A DNA stretch of 64,000 nucleotides from Lingula anatina (GCA_051362555.1 CM120641.1:19964001-20028000); one strand, 5' to 3'; shown: positions 10,999-25,289, numbered from the stretch's first letter. The notes: a model not told the origin generated them from the sequence alone. Made by a program: numbers and translations.

Positions 10999-12987
10999 TT
11001 TAGCAAATATACATGTTTTCTTTATTTGACAGACATCTATAGATGCATGGTGTCTGAATTGTGCGATATAATAATGAATAACATCACCAGACAGACACTT
11101 AGCTTTGCAGATATTAAGGCATAATTATTCCTTTTTAGAAATGAAGACATGGTTTCTTTAACAAGACAGTACATTTTCACTCGCCCATTTGATAAAACTG
11201 ATCCTACCAACAGATGCTCAGAAGCAGTGCAAAAGAAATTGCACCTCGTATATGAAGACCCTGGACTATTAGACAGTGTGTGGAAAATGAGGAATTTGTT
11301 TCTAGAAAAGAAGGAATGCTTAGTCCACGGAGATTTACATACTGGCTCTGTACTAGTCAGTAATAATTCAGCCAAGGTACAAACCACTGCACGTGAATGT
11401 GTGTGTGTGTGTGTGTGTGTAAGTGTGTGCCATAAATTCCAGTGCCATAAAAATGTAAAAAGTTCAATATATTCTTTAATAGAAACCATGCATGGCTGGT
11501 GACACTCCCTTCCAAACAGTAAAAATATGTGAATGAAAGATGTGCACTATCTATCTCCACAATTGCTACATATGTATATTTGATATATTAACAAAGAGAA
11601 TGTGCCCTTTGGCTACTAACTACTGGCTACTTGTAAAATAAAAATCCAATTTATGAATAAGAAATTTTCCCCTGAATTTTAGAATTTTCTTGGAGGTATT
11701 ACTGAAACTTTACACCGAATCTCTATGAATTTGAACAGAACTATGTAAAATTATAATGATTATATATATATATATATAACACAATTAGTCTTGTTGATAT
11801 TTTTATTTCCTTAGGTGTTTGATAATGAGTTTGCCTATGTTGGGCCTGCAGCTTTTGACTTGGGACTCCTGATAGCCAATTACATCTTTTCCTATTATCG
11901 TCACATGTCAACACAGGAAAATCATGACACACATCGAAAGTTCAGTCAGAAATTGATTGAAGCTTGTTATCTGACAGGTGATGTACACAGAAATACCTAG
12001 AAAAGGAATTAGAATTTATGACATGATGCACATTTGTATTTAAATTAAGTAACAAATTGGTTTACATGTATGCTATCGATTTTTATCTTCAAAATATCAA
12101 CCAACTTAATATAAATTCTTTGTTTTACTTTTGTTTTTTTTTTCTAGTAGTTATTAAAATAATTGCCTTACATGTATGATATCGATTTTTATCTTCAAAA
12201 TATCAACCAGCTTAATATAAATTCTTTGTTTTACTTTTGTTTTTGTTTTCTAGTAGTTATTAAAATAATTGCCAAGTTTCATTGATGCTAAGTATCATTG
12301 AGAAATTCATTAACTATCAAGTATTCAACAGTTGAGTTCAGTATTGCTTATTGTTTATAACTTATTGACTTAGTACCATTTCATTAATATTTTACACGTG
12401 CACTAATATGATAACATAATCTGATTTTTCATCTTTGTAGTTAACACTTACCTGTCAGTCATGACCTGCACAGTAGGGCAGCGCCATGAGTACTTGAACA
12501 ACCTGCTCACAGAAACGGCTGGATTTGCTGGCTGTGAAATCATTCGCAGGTATATACCTCTTTGGTTGTATTTCTAGCATTAAACTGTAAGGATTTTTTT
12601 AACGGGAGGTTGTGAATTCTTCTTGATTAGACCATTCTGCAATGATTTACTAGACCATTATAGAATTGACAATTGCGGATTGATTTTATTGATACAGTAT
12701 TGAAATAGTTGAAACATAACATCATTTGGCAAAAACAATTAGCAAATATGGCTCATTTTTGTGTGTATCTGCAAATCAGTTGAGAGAGAAAAAAAGAGAG
12801 TAAATTCATTTTTATCTGTTTGAACTATTTCATTTCCAGAATAATTGGGACAGCTCATGTTGAGGATTTAGAAGGCATACCTTATGCTGAAGAAGATGCA
12901 CTGGAGGCTGGTGTACGTCTTCTTCTTGGACATGATAGGATCCATACCATTGATAGACTAATGGTCATAGCACTTATGCTAACATAA
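9383..12987 (+). CDS. mtnK: 5-methylthioribose kinase (MtnK/MTK1-like, APH/choline-kinase fold), spliced; 5' end uncertain
   Basis: Firm exons 9598-9729, 10039-10168, 10529-10700, 11139-11376, 11815-11977, 12441-12549, 12840-12987 (363 aa, GT-AG, in frame). Motifs EIGDGNINDVFRV, LVVKHGPAYIKCLGPEFPL, VLMEDL, LVHGDLHTGSV, KVFDNEFAYVGPAAFDLG, ETAGFAGCEIIRRIIGTAHVEDL follow Bacillus MtnK. A tentative exon 9383-9453 joined to an acceptor at 9557 gives ~400 aa. Confidence 0.93.
10927..10996. repeat. (AT)n microsatellite
   Basis: AT run in an MTR kinase intron. Confidence 0.95.
12062..12273. repeat. Tandem duplication, 2 x 106 bp, intronic
   Basis: 12062-12167 and 12168-12273 are near-identical (TTACATGTATG...AATAATTGCC). 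Confidence 0.9.
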
Positions 12988-14289
12988 GAGACACCAGGGT
13001 CAGATAAATCAACTGGAGGTCCAAAGCAGAGAAGACTGTAATTGAACAAATTGAAAAAAAAAATATTGGTCTGGGTTCTGTTTCACTGGCATTAGGGATT
13101 CGGCCTGTTCTAGTTTCACAAACTGAGGTGGTAGCACATTTTTCCAAGATTAAAATTACTCACTAGTATATCATGCTGATATATATTTCTTAACTAGAGG
13201 TACTCTTTATGGAATTAACCTGGCAAAATGAATTTTCCTTGGGGAAGAAATAAATTTTCTCATACTCGTGAATCATTGCTCAACCCATTCCTTCACTTGG
13301 ATTCGATTTTTTACTCCACTTTTATTTAAATAATTTAGTTTTGAATTTAGAATTTAGAACACCATGTCTTCCTGTATTTTTCAGAATGAAATATCATCAT
13401 CAAATACTTTTATTTGAGGAGATCTATGTTTTCTGAATTGGTAATTATAAGTAGTTTTGCAGGATATGTAGAGAAATAATGACAAAAATTAGGGAAATTT
13501 TCAAATCTTTAATAAATAATTTAACCCATTTTCATCCTCTCATGGACATTGACTACAAGGATTCTGTGGTGAAGGGCTTCTGCAAGTTTGCCAATGAGTT
13601 TGTCTCAGATTTATTTTGTTTAAAACAATATTTACATGTTATTTAGGAAATTTTAACATTTTTAACTAATATTATTTGTTGACATGTTTATTGATAGAAG
13701 TGAGAAGCCAATTATCTTTAATATTTTACTTATTTTTGTTACCTTTATTCGGTATTTCAGTGGTATCTTTTGTGAAATATCAACAATAACTTGCTTAAAT
13801 GTATGTGTGATATATATATATATTTCTAAAAGATTAATTACAAGGGAATAAATGGTCTTGAAGATGGGTGTTAGCTCTTTTACTGGTTACTAAAATTTCA
13901 GCTTATATTTCATATTGTGTCATTGATGATGTTGATGTGGCATGAACATATTTTATTATCGGGATGTGTGTGTGTGTAACATTTTACCCAAGAAAATGTG
14001 ATGATTGTTTCAAATAATGGATGAAAAACAAAAACAATCCAAACCAAATTTTTGTTATAACACATCTTTTCCTTGAAAAATTATAACCAAGAAATCCAGA
14101 AAGTTATTTCTAAAGTTGACTTTTAAGTTTTGCAAACATATTTAATATTAAGCATAGCATATGATGTGGAATACCAAAGAACATTATTGTAGAGAACATA
14201 AAAATCAGCTTTACTTGCAGCTTTACTTGGCTAATTGCGCTTGTTATGACCCAAACATCTCAACTAACACAATGTCGATTTCAGTGTTG

Positions 14290-14602
14290 ACACCGTGACG
14301 TCATATCGTCCTGCACATGTAAACTATGGCGGAAACGAGGAAGTGAATCATATTGGGCCACCTCCATTTCAATTGTTAGGTGTGCCTATCAGTGTTAGTA
14401 ATAGTTTATTTTTCGTGCACCTGTTATCGAATTATGTGTACATTCAGTTTGAGATGTTTGACTGATTTTCATCACAGAAAAACAAGTTAGTCAGGAGGCC
14501 AAAGAGACATAGACAGCGGCAAGTGCCCGCAACCGTGGACTTACCTTACAACTTGTAGAGCATCCCATCTAGAGTGACACCTTCGCCCGAGGTCCTTTTG
14601 AG
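14290..14602 (+). promoter_or_regulatory. Probable promoter and non-coding first exon of the SH2D4-like gene
   Basis: CpG-rich patch with a perfect CRE TGACGTCA (14296-14303), ATGGCG and GGAAGTG motifs, and a donor AG/GTAATA at 14603. Assignment to SH2D4 is inferred. Confidence 0.5.
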
Positions 14603-17600
14603 GTAATACATTGTTTGATGTTTTTGTGAAATATATAGAAAAATATTCTCGTTGCAGCATGTATTCTTGAGCACCTTGGAGATATTCGTTCATGATTGCC
14701 AGGTGTTTTGACTGAAAATAAAAAAGTTAGCTTGTTAAATGGAATGTTATCATCAACATCAATTATGTGATGTGGCGATTCGGGTTCCGCTTGCTTGGTT
14801 AGTTGAGGGCCATATTTTATATTTATGACTTAACCACAGGGCTATTCTCAATTAATTTTTTTCTTGTAATATGTGTGCATGTGGATCACTCATTTACTTT
14901 TGTGTGAAAGGTTTGAAGTTAAAAACTGTACCAGTTATTAGTGAAACCTTGTCTGGGCCACTATATACGTGTAAACGTTTTTTGGGGTGATGATAAATGG
15001 CTTGACCTTACATGTCTTTATTAATGGCATAAGAATTTGACGTAGCTTTTTTGTATTTTTGTTGTTTCTCTTTTGGCCACAGTAAGCCCAATGCTGATAT
15101 GCATTCAACACAAAAAGGAAATATAAAGGCTTTGGACTTCCTTTTTGTTTTATCTCCTTTACCTTGGCTTTATCTTTCATGTTGTTGACAAAGTAAAGAA
15201 GGATGTAATATAGTGTAAGATAAGCAAAGTATGCTTATATAAGCTCAGGCCAGCTTTATACAGGTAAGCGCTGTGCACTTAACCCCAGCTAGGTTCAAGT
15301 TACATACAACTAACTTGAATTTTTGTTAGTAATAAATTAATTATAAAACAATGCACCAAAATCTTGGGTCGCTTTTGCCTAAGCTTAGAGTACCACTGGT
15401 CCAGTAAAAAAGAATATTAAGACATTACAGTAGCCCACAAGAGTTCACATTATTAAATGAATTGATCATGAGAGTTGGGGAATGTTTTTTTACTTAGTTT
15501 TAATGATGTAAAGTTTTAACTGAAATGAATGGAAGATTTTTGATTATTTTCACCAATTTAGCGTTAGTTTTGTATTGGATTCAGTGGGCTATATAGTAGT
15601 TGAAAAAAGTGATGGCCACTACACTTGGCACATACTCTTTGCAGAGGATAGGATGGTTTTGCATGCCTGGGCCAAGTTTTGCAAAATAATTTATGTTGAA
15701 AATCAGTCTTAACCCAATTGAAAAATAAGTATTGTCCACTGCCATTTAGGATAATTTCTTAGTTGTCCATTACATGTACATATGCATTTTGTATAAAACT
15801 TTGGCCCATTTATTTCTGTAATACACAAGTTCATCAGACACTATTCTTATTTAAGTGGACTACGGACTACTAATGTACCATCCATGATTATATTAAAAAA
15901 AAACTTTTGATAATAAAGTTGAGGCTACCTTTTATCATAGGGTCATTTCAGAAAACTTGTATCTGCACATCTTGGTTGTATTTCTGTGATGAAGCTGAAA
16001 GTAGAACTAGTACTGCATAATTAAGATTGATTCTGACATGATATAATTCTTCAAAATGCATTATGTTATCTGAAAAAGGTAAAGGGGCCTTTAGCTGTTT
16101 CAGATAATAAGCAGATAATTATGTTAATTAAGGTAGGTGTCAAATTTTTCCTCCTTGCCATTGTTTTGTACTATGCCTTATCAAGTAATTGTGTTTAATA
16201 ATTCAACTCTAGATAAGACCCAGATTATTAGCCATTCATACTTTCATGTAAACAGCAATTATCTTTTAATCTATGGTTATTTTGGAACATAATTCTGAAT
16301 TGATTATACTTTTGAATCATTTAAAACAATAAAAATTATTTGAGTGTGCACTTTAATTAATTTGCTGGCATGGAAAAAGTAAATTATACCATGTGGCCAA
16401 TTGCAAAATTTTGAAGGACCATTCTAAGCCCCCCACCCACACCCCACTCACCCCCCCCCCCCCCCCCCCCCTCCAATAACATCTTTTCCTACTGTAATTT
16501 ACTACCTGTCAGTCCTGCCCCTTCCAACAAAAAAAAGCTATATTGGGGTTACTTAACCAAAGAAACAAATTAAATTATAAGTGTTATTAGTTTGATAGGA
16601 ATCAGTTGACTCACATGCCTCCTTTTTTAAGAAGGAAGACAAAGAGATTTAATTTAATTTGATTCATATTGTCATTATATTATGTTAAAGTTTAAATACT
16701 TTCCAACTCCCTTCCAGGAGAGGATGAGTACATGTACTCCAATACTGTAACATTCTGCTAAAAAAAGTTAAATAAATGCATGATAGATGTGTTCCTCCCA
16801 GCACTTAGTGTGAAGATACAACAAAGATTAAACATCCTCCCTTGACATTGACAGCTCTTAAATCTTCTAGTAAATCTATCACCTGAGAGGACCTGTGGTG
16901 ACAGTTGGTGTCCATTGTCATTTCTGTATGACCACAGTGCTATAGCATTGTGCTAGATATGTATCATCTCTGGTGTTGGGGATATAAGTGTTGATATGAT
17001 ATATTTTTGTTAACAGTCAATTGACCAGATTAGTCGAAAATAAAGCAGAGGTCAGATGGGTTATGTGAATGTAGATAAGTGAATTGAGTAGTGAATAGAT
17101 AAATAAGGAAAAAGAAAGAAACAAGCAGTCAGGCAGATAGAGTAGAAAAAGTGTTAGTTGGAAGTACATATTGGCGCACTAAGAAAAAATTCTTGACATT
17201 GAAATTTTGCATTAAAATCATGTTAGATATGTGACTTGCCAAACACAAGAAATTGCAATCACATTCTTGGTTCTTTTGGATGTATTCTCAAAACTGTTTG
17301 AAAGCAAATCAGTGTACATGAATGTCACCAAAGAGAGGTTTTTATTGAGTTTATGAAAGTACAGGCCTTTAAAGATTTTGGTTTATTTTGAAAATATTCA
17401 CTAATAATAAATCTAAAATGTATCATAAGGAAAACCCTTTTACTGGGCCCATTAATTACCTTAAAATGATATTTTTGTAAGTCTCCAACTTGCCAAAATT
17501 GTCTGCATGACCTCGTTTCAAAATGTTGCGCAGGCATTTGATACCTGTTATGTTTCAGTCCAGCTAGCAGAGTCTTCAAAGGATGTTCTATACCAATGGT

Positions 17601-20433
17601 ATTTAAGTAATGTGATTGTCATTGCCAGGTCAGACAAATGCACTTGTATTACCACCCACTAGGGTTAACTTTCTGCAGTTTACATGTTGCTTTGCTATTT
17701 TTTTCTTTTAATGATTATTATGCCAAGCAGGCAAACTTATGTATTCTTGTGTGCTGGACGCAAAAAATTGCTTTTGTTATTAAAAAATGACTCCTGTATT
17801 GAGCATAACAACGATGTGGACGTAATAGAATACCTATACCCCATGGCATTTAATTCCAGTCACCTGATCTTGTGCATTGTATATTCTGTAGGGAAGTTAT
17901 CATTCTATTGAATAGTATGTGTAGTGGTATTGAAAGAGGCTATAATGTGAATGGAAATTGATACAAACAAATAAGTAGAAGTCTTGTGTGATTGTATTAT
18001 CAATGTAGATATAATACAAATATTAAGATTTTGAGGCTTAGAAACCTGGCAAATTGTAAGGGTGTGACATGGTGTTTGGTGTAAAGAGGGGTTCTGTGCA
18101 GACTGCTTTTAAAATTTAACTGATAGTTTGTGGCTTGTTAATGCGTTTTCTTGCAAAATGACTAGGTTTTAAAAATTTCCAGATACCAGTTCAGAGAAAT
18201 TGTGCAAATTTAGCAAAATTATTGTGAAGGGTTTCTGACAGACAATTATGCAATATTAGGTTGGCCAATAGTCATTTTAATAATTGATTAACCCAGTTCT
18301 GTAATTAACAGTGGACAGCCTATGTGGTATTGCACAGTTTACAGTAGACAAACATGAGAACTAACCACCTGAAATATTGAATTAATTGATTTCTGCCCTG
18401 TGCATTAAAATGGGTAAAGAAATATTAAAACACAGTGAAGTCACACAGGTAGTTGTTTTGGACAAAGACAGAGAAATGTGTTTATAGAGAAATGATAGCC
18501 AAAATGGTGGATTTAAAATGTAAATCTTGATAACGTACAGGGAAATACATGTTATGTTATGGCCACTAGCTCTCCCCACCCTGATGACATAATTAAAGCG
18601 ATACTAACTCTTCGTATGACATCTATATTTCACAGTAAAAACATTGTGAACAACTCATAGAAATATAATATATTCTGTTTTACCACAAAAATGGCAGTTG
18701 TATTATTCTGATATCTGAGCTTGTCTTTAGACCACTTGACCTCCATTGATGGCTATACTCTGTAATAATCTCTTAAGAGATTATAACAAAAAAATCTAAC
18801 TTTTTAGAAAAAAAAAAAAAAAAAACAGGGACTAACTTTGAATGTAGAAATGGATTCATTAACCATTGGTAAGTATGGGAAAATTGTTGTTTACTCCAGA
18901 AAAATTGATTTTTTGGCTAAAACGAACAGTAATTATCCCTTTAAAGTAGACATAGTTTACAAATATTATACTAGGACTGTTACAGGTTAATATTCCTGGT
19001 ATGCTGCACAGAAGGGTGATTTTTTTCACAGTATATACACATACTTTCTCTGTTTTTCTTCTTTAAAATTCAATTGATTTGGAAGCCATTAGTATTGTTT
19101 CCCAATGCCCTTTCATACCCCTACCCTCCCCAACCACCACCTCAGTATTACTATTTGGCCCCCACTAAGGAAACACATAAAATATACTGTATAACTATAA
19201 CTATGTACTAAAATGATGCACTGCCCAGGGGTAACAGTGCATTATTTGTCATACATGCAAATGCAAATTGTACAGTTCCCATCCCAAACCTGATACCCTG
19301 ATATAACTATGCATAGGTATGTATGAGAAGGCACAAAGTGTGGCATTCCTTACCTTTTGGCTTCCCTTAATGTGCTGGCCAAAGAAAATGCTGCATTGTG
19401 AGGGTTTGCATCAGTCTAAATGATTGAATTTACTGCTTACTTGGTTCATATTAAAAACAAAGCAAAAGCCATCACATCTGTCACTCAGTTTTAGTATACA
19501 CTTGTACTGCATGTATTATACAAAAAATGGTCAGTTTTAAAAATCAACAACAATATCACTTCCATCAAGCAAAAGCATACTTATACATTACTTATGCAAT
19601 GAAGATGAATTACTGGTTACATATTTCAAACAACTATCAGTTTCTTCAATGACATTAAATCACAAGGAGAGGAGATAGATAAATTGAAGTTACCTTCTGA
19701 CAAACTCTTGCTGCTATGGCATCCCACACTCCTACCCTGCATGATTGATTTCTCCTTATTTCAGTAATAGTACTACAAGGAAGGAAAGTTTAAGTAATTA
19801 TTTTGGGTTTGAACTGGGGAGTATTACAAAACACTTTGAACTGCTGCGTGTAGAAACCTGTCACATGCTAGGCGTTGTCACAAAAAGCGAGCTGTACGGT
19901 ACCAGCTGCTCACAGATGTGAACTCTGTGTTATGATTACTGGTTTAAAGAATACCTTAAATAATGTAGTTCTCTGTTTTTAAAGATAATATTTTTTTATC
20001 TTTTTTTTCTCATTTGTAAATGATTCAAAGAGAGAATTAAAGATGGCTTTGGATACAATGACAAGCAATGCCAGTTAAAAATTTTAAAGGCTTTGTAGAG
20101 AAAAGACTAACATGATTTTTTACCAACTCTCAATTAAACGCATGTTGGGTAAGATTATGTAATAAATAATCGGTTTTAACAAAAACAATCTAAAATAATT
20201 TAAAACTCTTGAAATGCTGTATGTAGCACTGCTAGAAATGCAAGATGCTAATTTGTTCAACAAATTTTCAAGCTGTTGTCAACCATGGATGTCAACTTAA
20301 ACAGCTGGTGCCTCTTCTTTCGACCAATTTTGTTCATGGAAAGAATTACTTTAGTCTGTATCAAGTGCCACGGTGATAGTGCATTCTTCAAATACCTCAG
20401 CAAAAGATTTTCAAAAATATTGGTTGATACAAT

Positions 20434-21340
20434 ATGGCTTGCAAGCCAATTATGGAAGAGTTGCCTCTGCTCTTGGAAAAAGGAGACAGTATGTCTTTTG
20501 ATGTTGCTGCAGGAGGTAAAAGTGAAGGCCAGACAGATGTACAAGTTAGCACTCAGGAAAATGTGATAGAACCTGGTGACACATTGTCTGTAAGACGCAA
20601 CCGTAGACCAAAACTTTCCACATTTTTCTCCAAAAGGACTGCATCCTTTGCTGACAATGCTTCTCCTACTACTGGGAGAATGTCTTTAGGTAAAACGCTA
20701 GGGAGAAAAATAATGAAATTTCTGAGAAGAACCCATAGTGAAGAGCAAGTTATATCAGAAGAAAATCTGACTTTGATGGAATCCTCTCCTTCTCCAAAAA
20801 TGGGCTGTAGTAGCAGTAGTAAGAAAGGCAGTATGGATATCACTGTCCCAGACAAAGTGCAAGCTCTTCAAAAAGTTGATCAGCCACAAAAGCCCCCACG
20901 TCCACCTGCATTGCCAGCTTCTTACAGGATAAACCCTCAGGTGCCCCCAGAACCAACATATCAAGAAATTGGCTCTGTCTGCATTGACAACACAACGCAA
21001 GATGTTTCAACACAGTGTTTGATCTTGAACACTTCTGATGCTGGAGATTCTGCTGCCAAATTCATTGGCATGGCAACCCCAAAACCAATCCAAAGACGCA
21101 CAAGTAATGTGTATGACACTGTGACAATTCGGAGCTTGCATGAGGGAGGTCCAGTTGTAGATGAAAAGCCTAAAATGGTGGTGAAACCACAACCAAAGCT
21201 TACAGCAGAAAAAAACATGGAGCCCAAACAACCTGAAGTAGCTTCCCTGGATGAAAGAACACCTGCTACAGATGAAACAGAAGGAGGCTATGATGAGAAT
21301 GACTACATAAGTGAACAGCATGAATTGGAAACTCTCTTGG
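20434..21340 (+). CDS. Large coding exon (302 codons, Ser/Pro/acidic, probably disordered); candidate N-terminal extension of the SH2D4-like protein
   Basis: Longest ORF in the window (20434-21402), with an in-frame stop just upstream of the ATG; donor G/GTATGG at 21341 is phase 1 and matches the phase-1 acceptor at 25703. Confidence 0.7.
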
Positions 21341-24300
21341 GTATGGAATTTTTCAACATTTTTTCAGTGAAAAAATTCGGTCCATGTGAAATTGATGCTT
21401 AGAGTAGCCAACCAAAAACACAAAATTCAGAAAAAATAATCTCGTAAATGTACATCAAATATAAGTCGGTGAGAGTTTGGTGTGTTAGGATATATATTGT
21501 TCCAAGTAGCCAAGAATTTAAGCAAGGGGACAGTTATTTTGTCTCTTAAATTGCTAACAGGTATCCTGAGTTAAAGGGTAAAAATATCCTCCCCTCTGTA
21601 GGCTCTCCTCTACCCAGAATATTTGCTGTCAGTATATTTGAAGCGTCCAATCGTCTCTGAAACTCGAGGTAAAGAAAAACAATACATGTTTGAAAATGTC
21701 CCAGAGTATATATTTTCATGTCTGAATATCTGACACAGCTACCTACCTTTCCCAATGCAGACTTAAATAATAATAATAAAACCCTCCAAATAAAAGTATC
21801 CAATATTGATAATTTCTATGACATTTTAATTGTTTGGCCAGACATTTAGAACTAAATGATTTATTTGGAAATGGTATAAAACATCAAATCAAAGTGCAGG
21901 GATGGGTCAAGCAATGGACCTGGAGTAAGAGAAAATCACATTTTGTACTAAGGAAAATTAAATTTGGCACAGATATCCCAAATAAGATGCCTTAAATGTC
22001 ATAACCCTGTAGCACATAAAAACTAGGTTTGAGAGGATGGATTAGTTTAAAGAAGACTTATGCTTTGGTTTATGGTTTGGACTTGATTACAACATCAAGT
22101 ATTTTTAGACCATGGAGTAAGATTTTTTAGGCTACCATATTGGATTTGGTGACCATGTTGAGATTTTCAGATATATCACAATAACGTTGATAAAAAAGCA
22201 CTATTTTGAATATGTCAAATTTCACGCTTGCCCAGTGCATTATTCCCCTCTCCCATTATGGGCAAAAATTGCTGATTAAATAAAATTTGTGTTTCTTGCA
22301 AACTTCTTAGCATGAATTGCTTTTAATTTCATCTTTTTCAAAATGATATTAAATTGACATACATATCTAACAATAGGAAGAATGCTAGCCTCTTGAGGTT
22401 ATAGTTATCTTTTCCTAAATGAAAAGGATCTCATCTGTTTAACAATAAGAGGAATGCAAGCCCTCTGAAGACCTTCAGTACAGACATGCAATGTAGCCTG
22501 AAAATTAGTCAAGGCACAGGTAATGTAGTTTACCTGAACCAGTGGTATACCTGTGGGGAGCAATGAAGGACTATAAATTTTACGATCTCATGCACGTGTC
22601 ATGGAGCACCTTCAGGTGGATGTACAGTTGAAGCTGTATGTTAGCAAATGGAATTTATGTAGAGATGGTGTTTATGTTTGGAGATAAAAAGAATGTGTTA
22701 ATTGTAACATTTGGTAATAATAATAATAATAACAATATACATTCTTGCAACTAAAAGTTGGATTTAAAATGCACTATAAAAGAGTATTAAAAGTAACTAA
22801 AACATGTTATGGCACTAGAAATATAAAACACGAATTCACTAATTTAAATATTACATTAATCTGCTTCTTAAAAATAGTTCAGTAACATAAAAAAAGAATT
22901 CATTTATAATGTATGGTGGTTGAATCTTGAAAAATTCTAATACATCATTATGTTAGACAAGGAAAACCTTAGTTCAAATGAAATTGGATTTTTTTTTACT
23001 TTTGCAAGTTGATTTATAGTCTTACCTAACACTTGGAAGGAAAGGGTAGGGTAAAATTTATCTGTTGACTTGCTGTTAAAGATATTTAATCGTGGGAGCA
23101 TTTATCTGTTAATGCAAAAAATAGCAAAGTTTAAATGAATAAGGAAAAAAGGCTGCAATAAGTCTGATATTTTTAAACTTTTATAGTGCTCTGAGAAACG
23201 CCTTCCTTCACTATGGACCATTTCCAGTTAGCATTCAAAGCTTGCGATAATCACCACAGGCCGTGACTGATAATAATGTATGATATAGTTGTACTGTTTA
23301 TGGGTGGTATGGATAATGGCACCGACTGATAATGCACAGAACACATAAAATAATGGACTGCACACTGTTGAAACATTAAAGTTCTTCTGCCACTAGGGAC
23401 CCATTGTCATATAGTCCATCACATTATGATATGCCAGGCTGTATTCAAGTGATTTACTTTGTTGTAAAAACCAATAAGCATGTGGAATTTTTCTGAGACT
23501 AATTTGATTTGACATTTAAAAATGAATTTGTTTTGCCAGATTTGAAAAAAATGAAAAGGAGTAAAAAAAGTTGACAACCAGCTTATTTGATGTTTTGCTT
23601 GTGTATTGTACTTCTGTAGACATTATATATTCCTTAAACAACTTTCGTGAGTTCTCCTTTTTGGGAGTCATGATTTGTTGAATCAGTGTTACGGTATCAT
23701 ACTGTGCAAGTTGCTTGGGCAAGATGTTTCAAAGCAGATAAAAATCATGACGTTGTGATACTGTCATGAGAGATTTATGCCCTCCCCTCCTTTTTACCTT
23801 CAAGGTTTACGAATCCATATTGAAGTTGTAAAGGTGTTCATGATATTTCTAATTGCCATGCCAAGAAGAACTAAGAATAATGGTTGGATATTGTCTGTAA
23901 TTACATCAAAATTTTCAACAGAAATTATATGTTTCGTATTCTTAAATTATTTTTTAACCACCACTCATAAATATTTTAATGAATTAATTAAAGGACAATA
24001 AAGAAATTATAATAACATAGCAAATGTGCCCTGTTCATAAACACCCCTCCCCAAGTCTGCTACAGCATTTCTTGAACATTACACAGTAGCCTACATGTAT
24101 CTCGAGAGACCAACTAGGATAATTAGTTGGCATGCGCCATGTAATTATCCATTCTGTTGTCCCATAGATCAGTGAATGTTGCCCATTGTTCTAGCTTTAT
24201 GAGCAGAACATTTTAGAAGCGGATAAGCCTCAGACTGGTACTCATTGATAAATGAAGAAAGATGCCCTATTATGGCTGGGTCACAAATTATCTGACCCAT

Positions 24301-25156
24301 GTTATCTGATCTAAAGAAGTTATTATTGTACAGAATGTGTTATTAAATACAAAAAGTATCTGTTTTATAAATGAAATGCATAAGGATTGATGGTAATACT
24401 GAGTGTGTTAGTTGGGATGAAGATGTTAATAGACCATCTTTGAGGAAATGCATTTTGACATTTTGCACATATTTCTCATAGCACATTTTCTGATATCTGT
24501 GTTAACTACAGTCCAATTTTTATCATAAAGATTTAAAAAATAAGTAGAAAAATCATTAAAAGATGCAGATGGTAAACTTCCAGAATGTTTATGTACAAAT
24601 TTTACATAGCAGTGTTGACTCATCGTCCAGAAAATAATAAAGTAATGCTACTTAGTACATATGAGCATGTGCTATATATATACAACTAGACTATAACTTC
24701 CAGTATTTAGCTCAATGGGTTTGGCAGAAGCATTTGACCTGACCCCATAATTCTTCAAACAAACATCTGCATTGCAGGAGCTCCCTGTATGAATGTATAA
24801 AGAGTGTTTTAGCTTTGTTTACATATATTTTAGGGGGTAAATGTTGAACTGAACTGTATTTTTTGTGTATAAAGCAACATACTAACCGTATGTATGAAAA
24901 GATAAGAGAGAGGTCATGGTGGATTTTCTGTTAAATGGTCTGGCATTTACTGAGGTGGGTTTCAGATTTTAGCTTTGAACCACATCACTGGTATTTTTAT
25001 ATTTTCTAGGTTATGTTTTTTTTCCGTGTAGTTTAAGGAAGGAAACAGTAAATACTCATTTGCACCTGGCACCATTTGGCTCAGTTCTTAGTCTCAGGTG
25101 TTGAGGATAAAAAAATAATAAAGGATGATCATGTTGGACTCTCAAAGTTGTCAATC

Positions 25157-25289
25157 ATGGGTGATACCTTAACTAAAGACACCATTAATAAATTAAAAGT
25201 TAGAATGGATCCTGAAGGTGCTTTCACATGTCACCATTCCAGCTGCAATTTTGCTATATTCTTATTGAATCATGACATGGATGTTACAG
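25157..25289 (+). CDS. Candidate alternative first coding exon of the SH2D4-like gene
   Basis: ATG 25157 (MGDTLTKDTINKLKVRMDPEG...) runs to a strong phase-1 donor AG/GTATGT at 25290, in frame with exon 25704; acceptor at 25009. Confidence 0.4.

Noticed and set aside
9383-12987. Bacterial contamination as the source of mtnK
   Set aside because: The gene has spliceosomal introns with host-like microsatellites and is contiguous with metazoan genes.
20553-21321. Several minus-strand ORFs over the 20434 exon
   Set aside because: Antisense shadows of a plus-strand coding exon.
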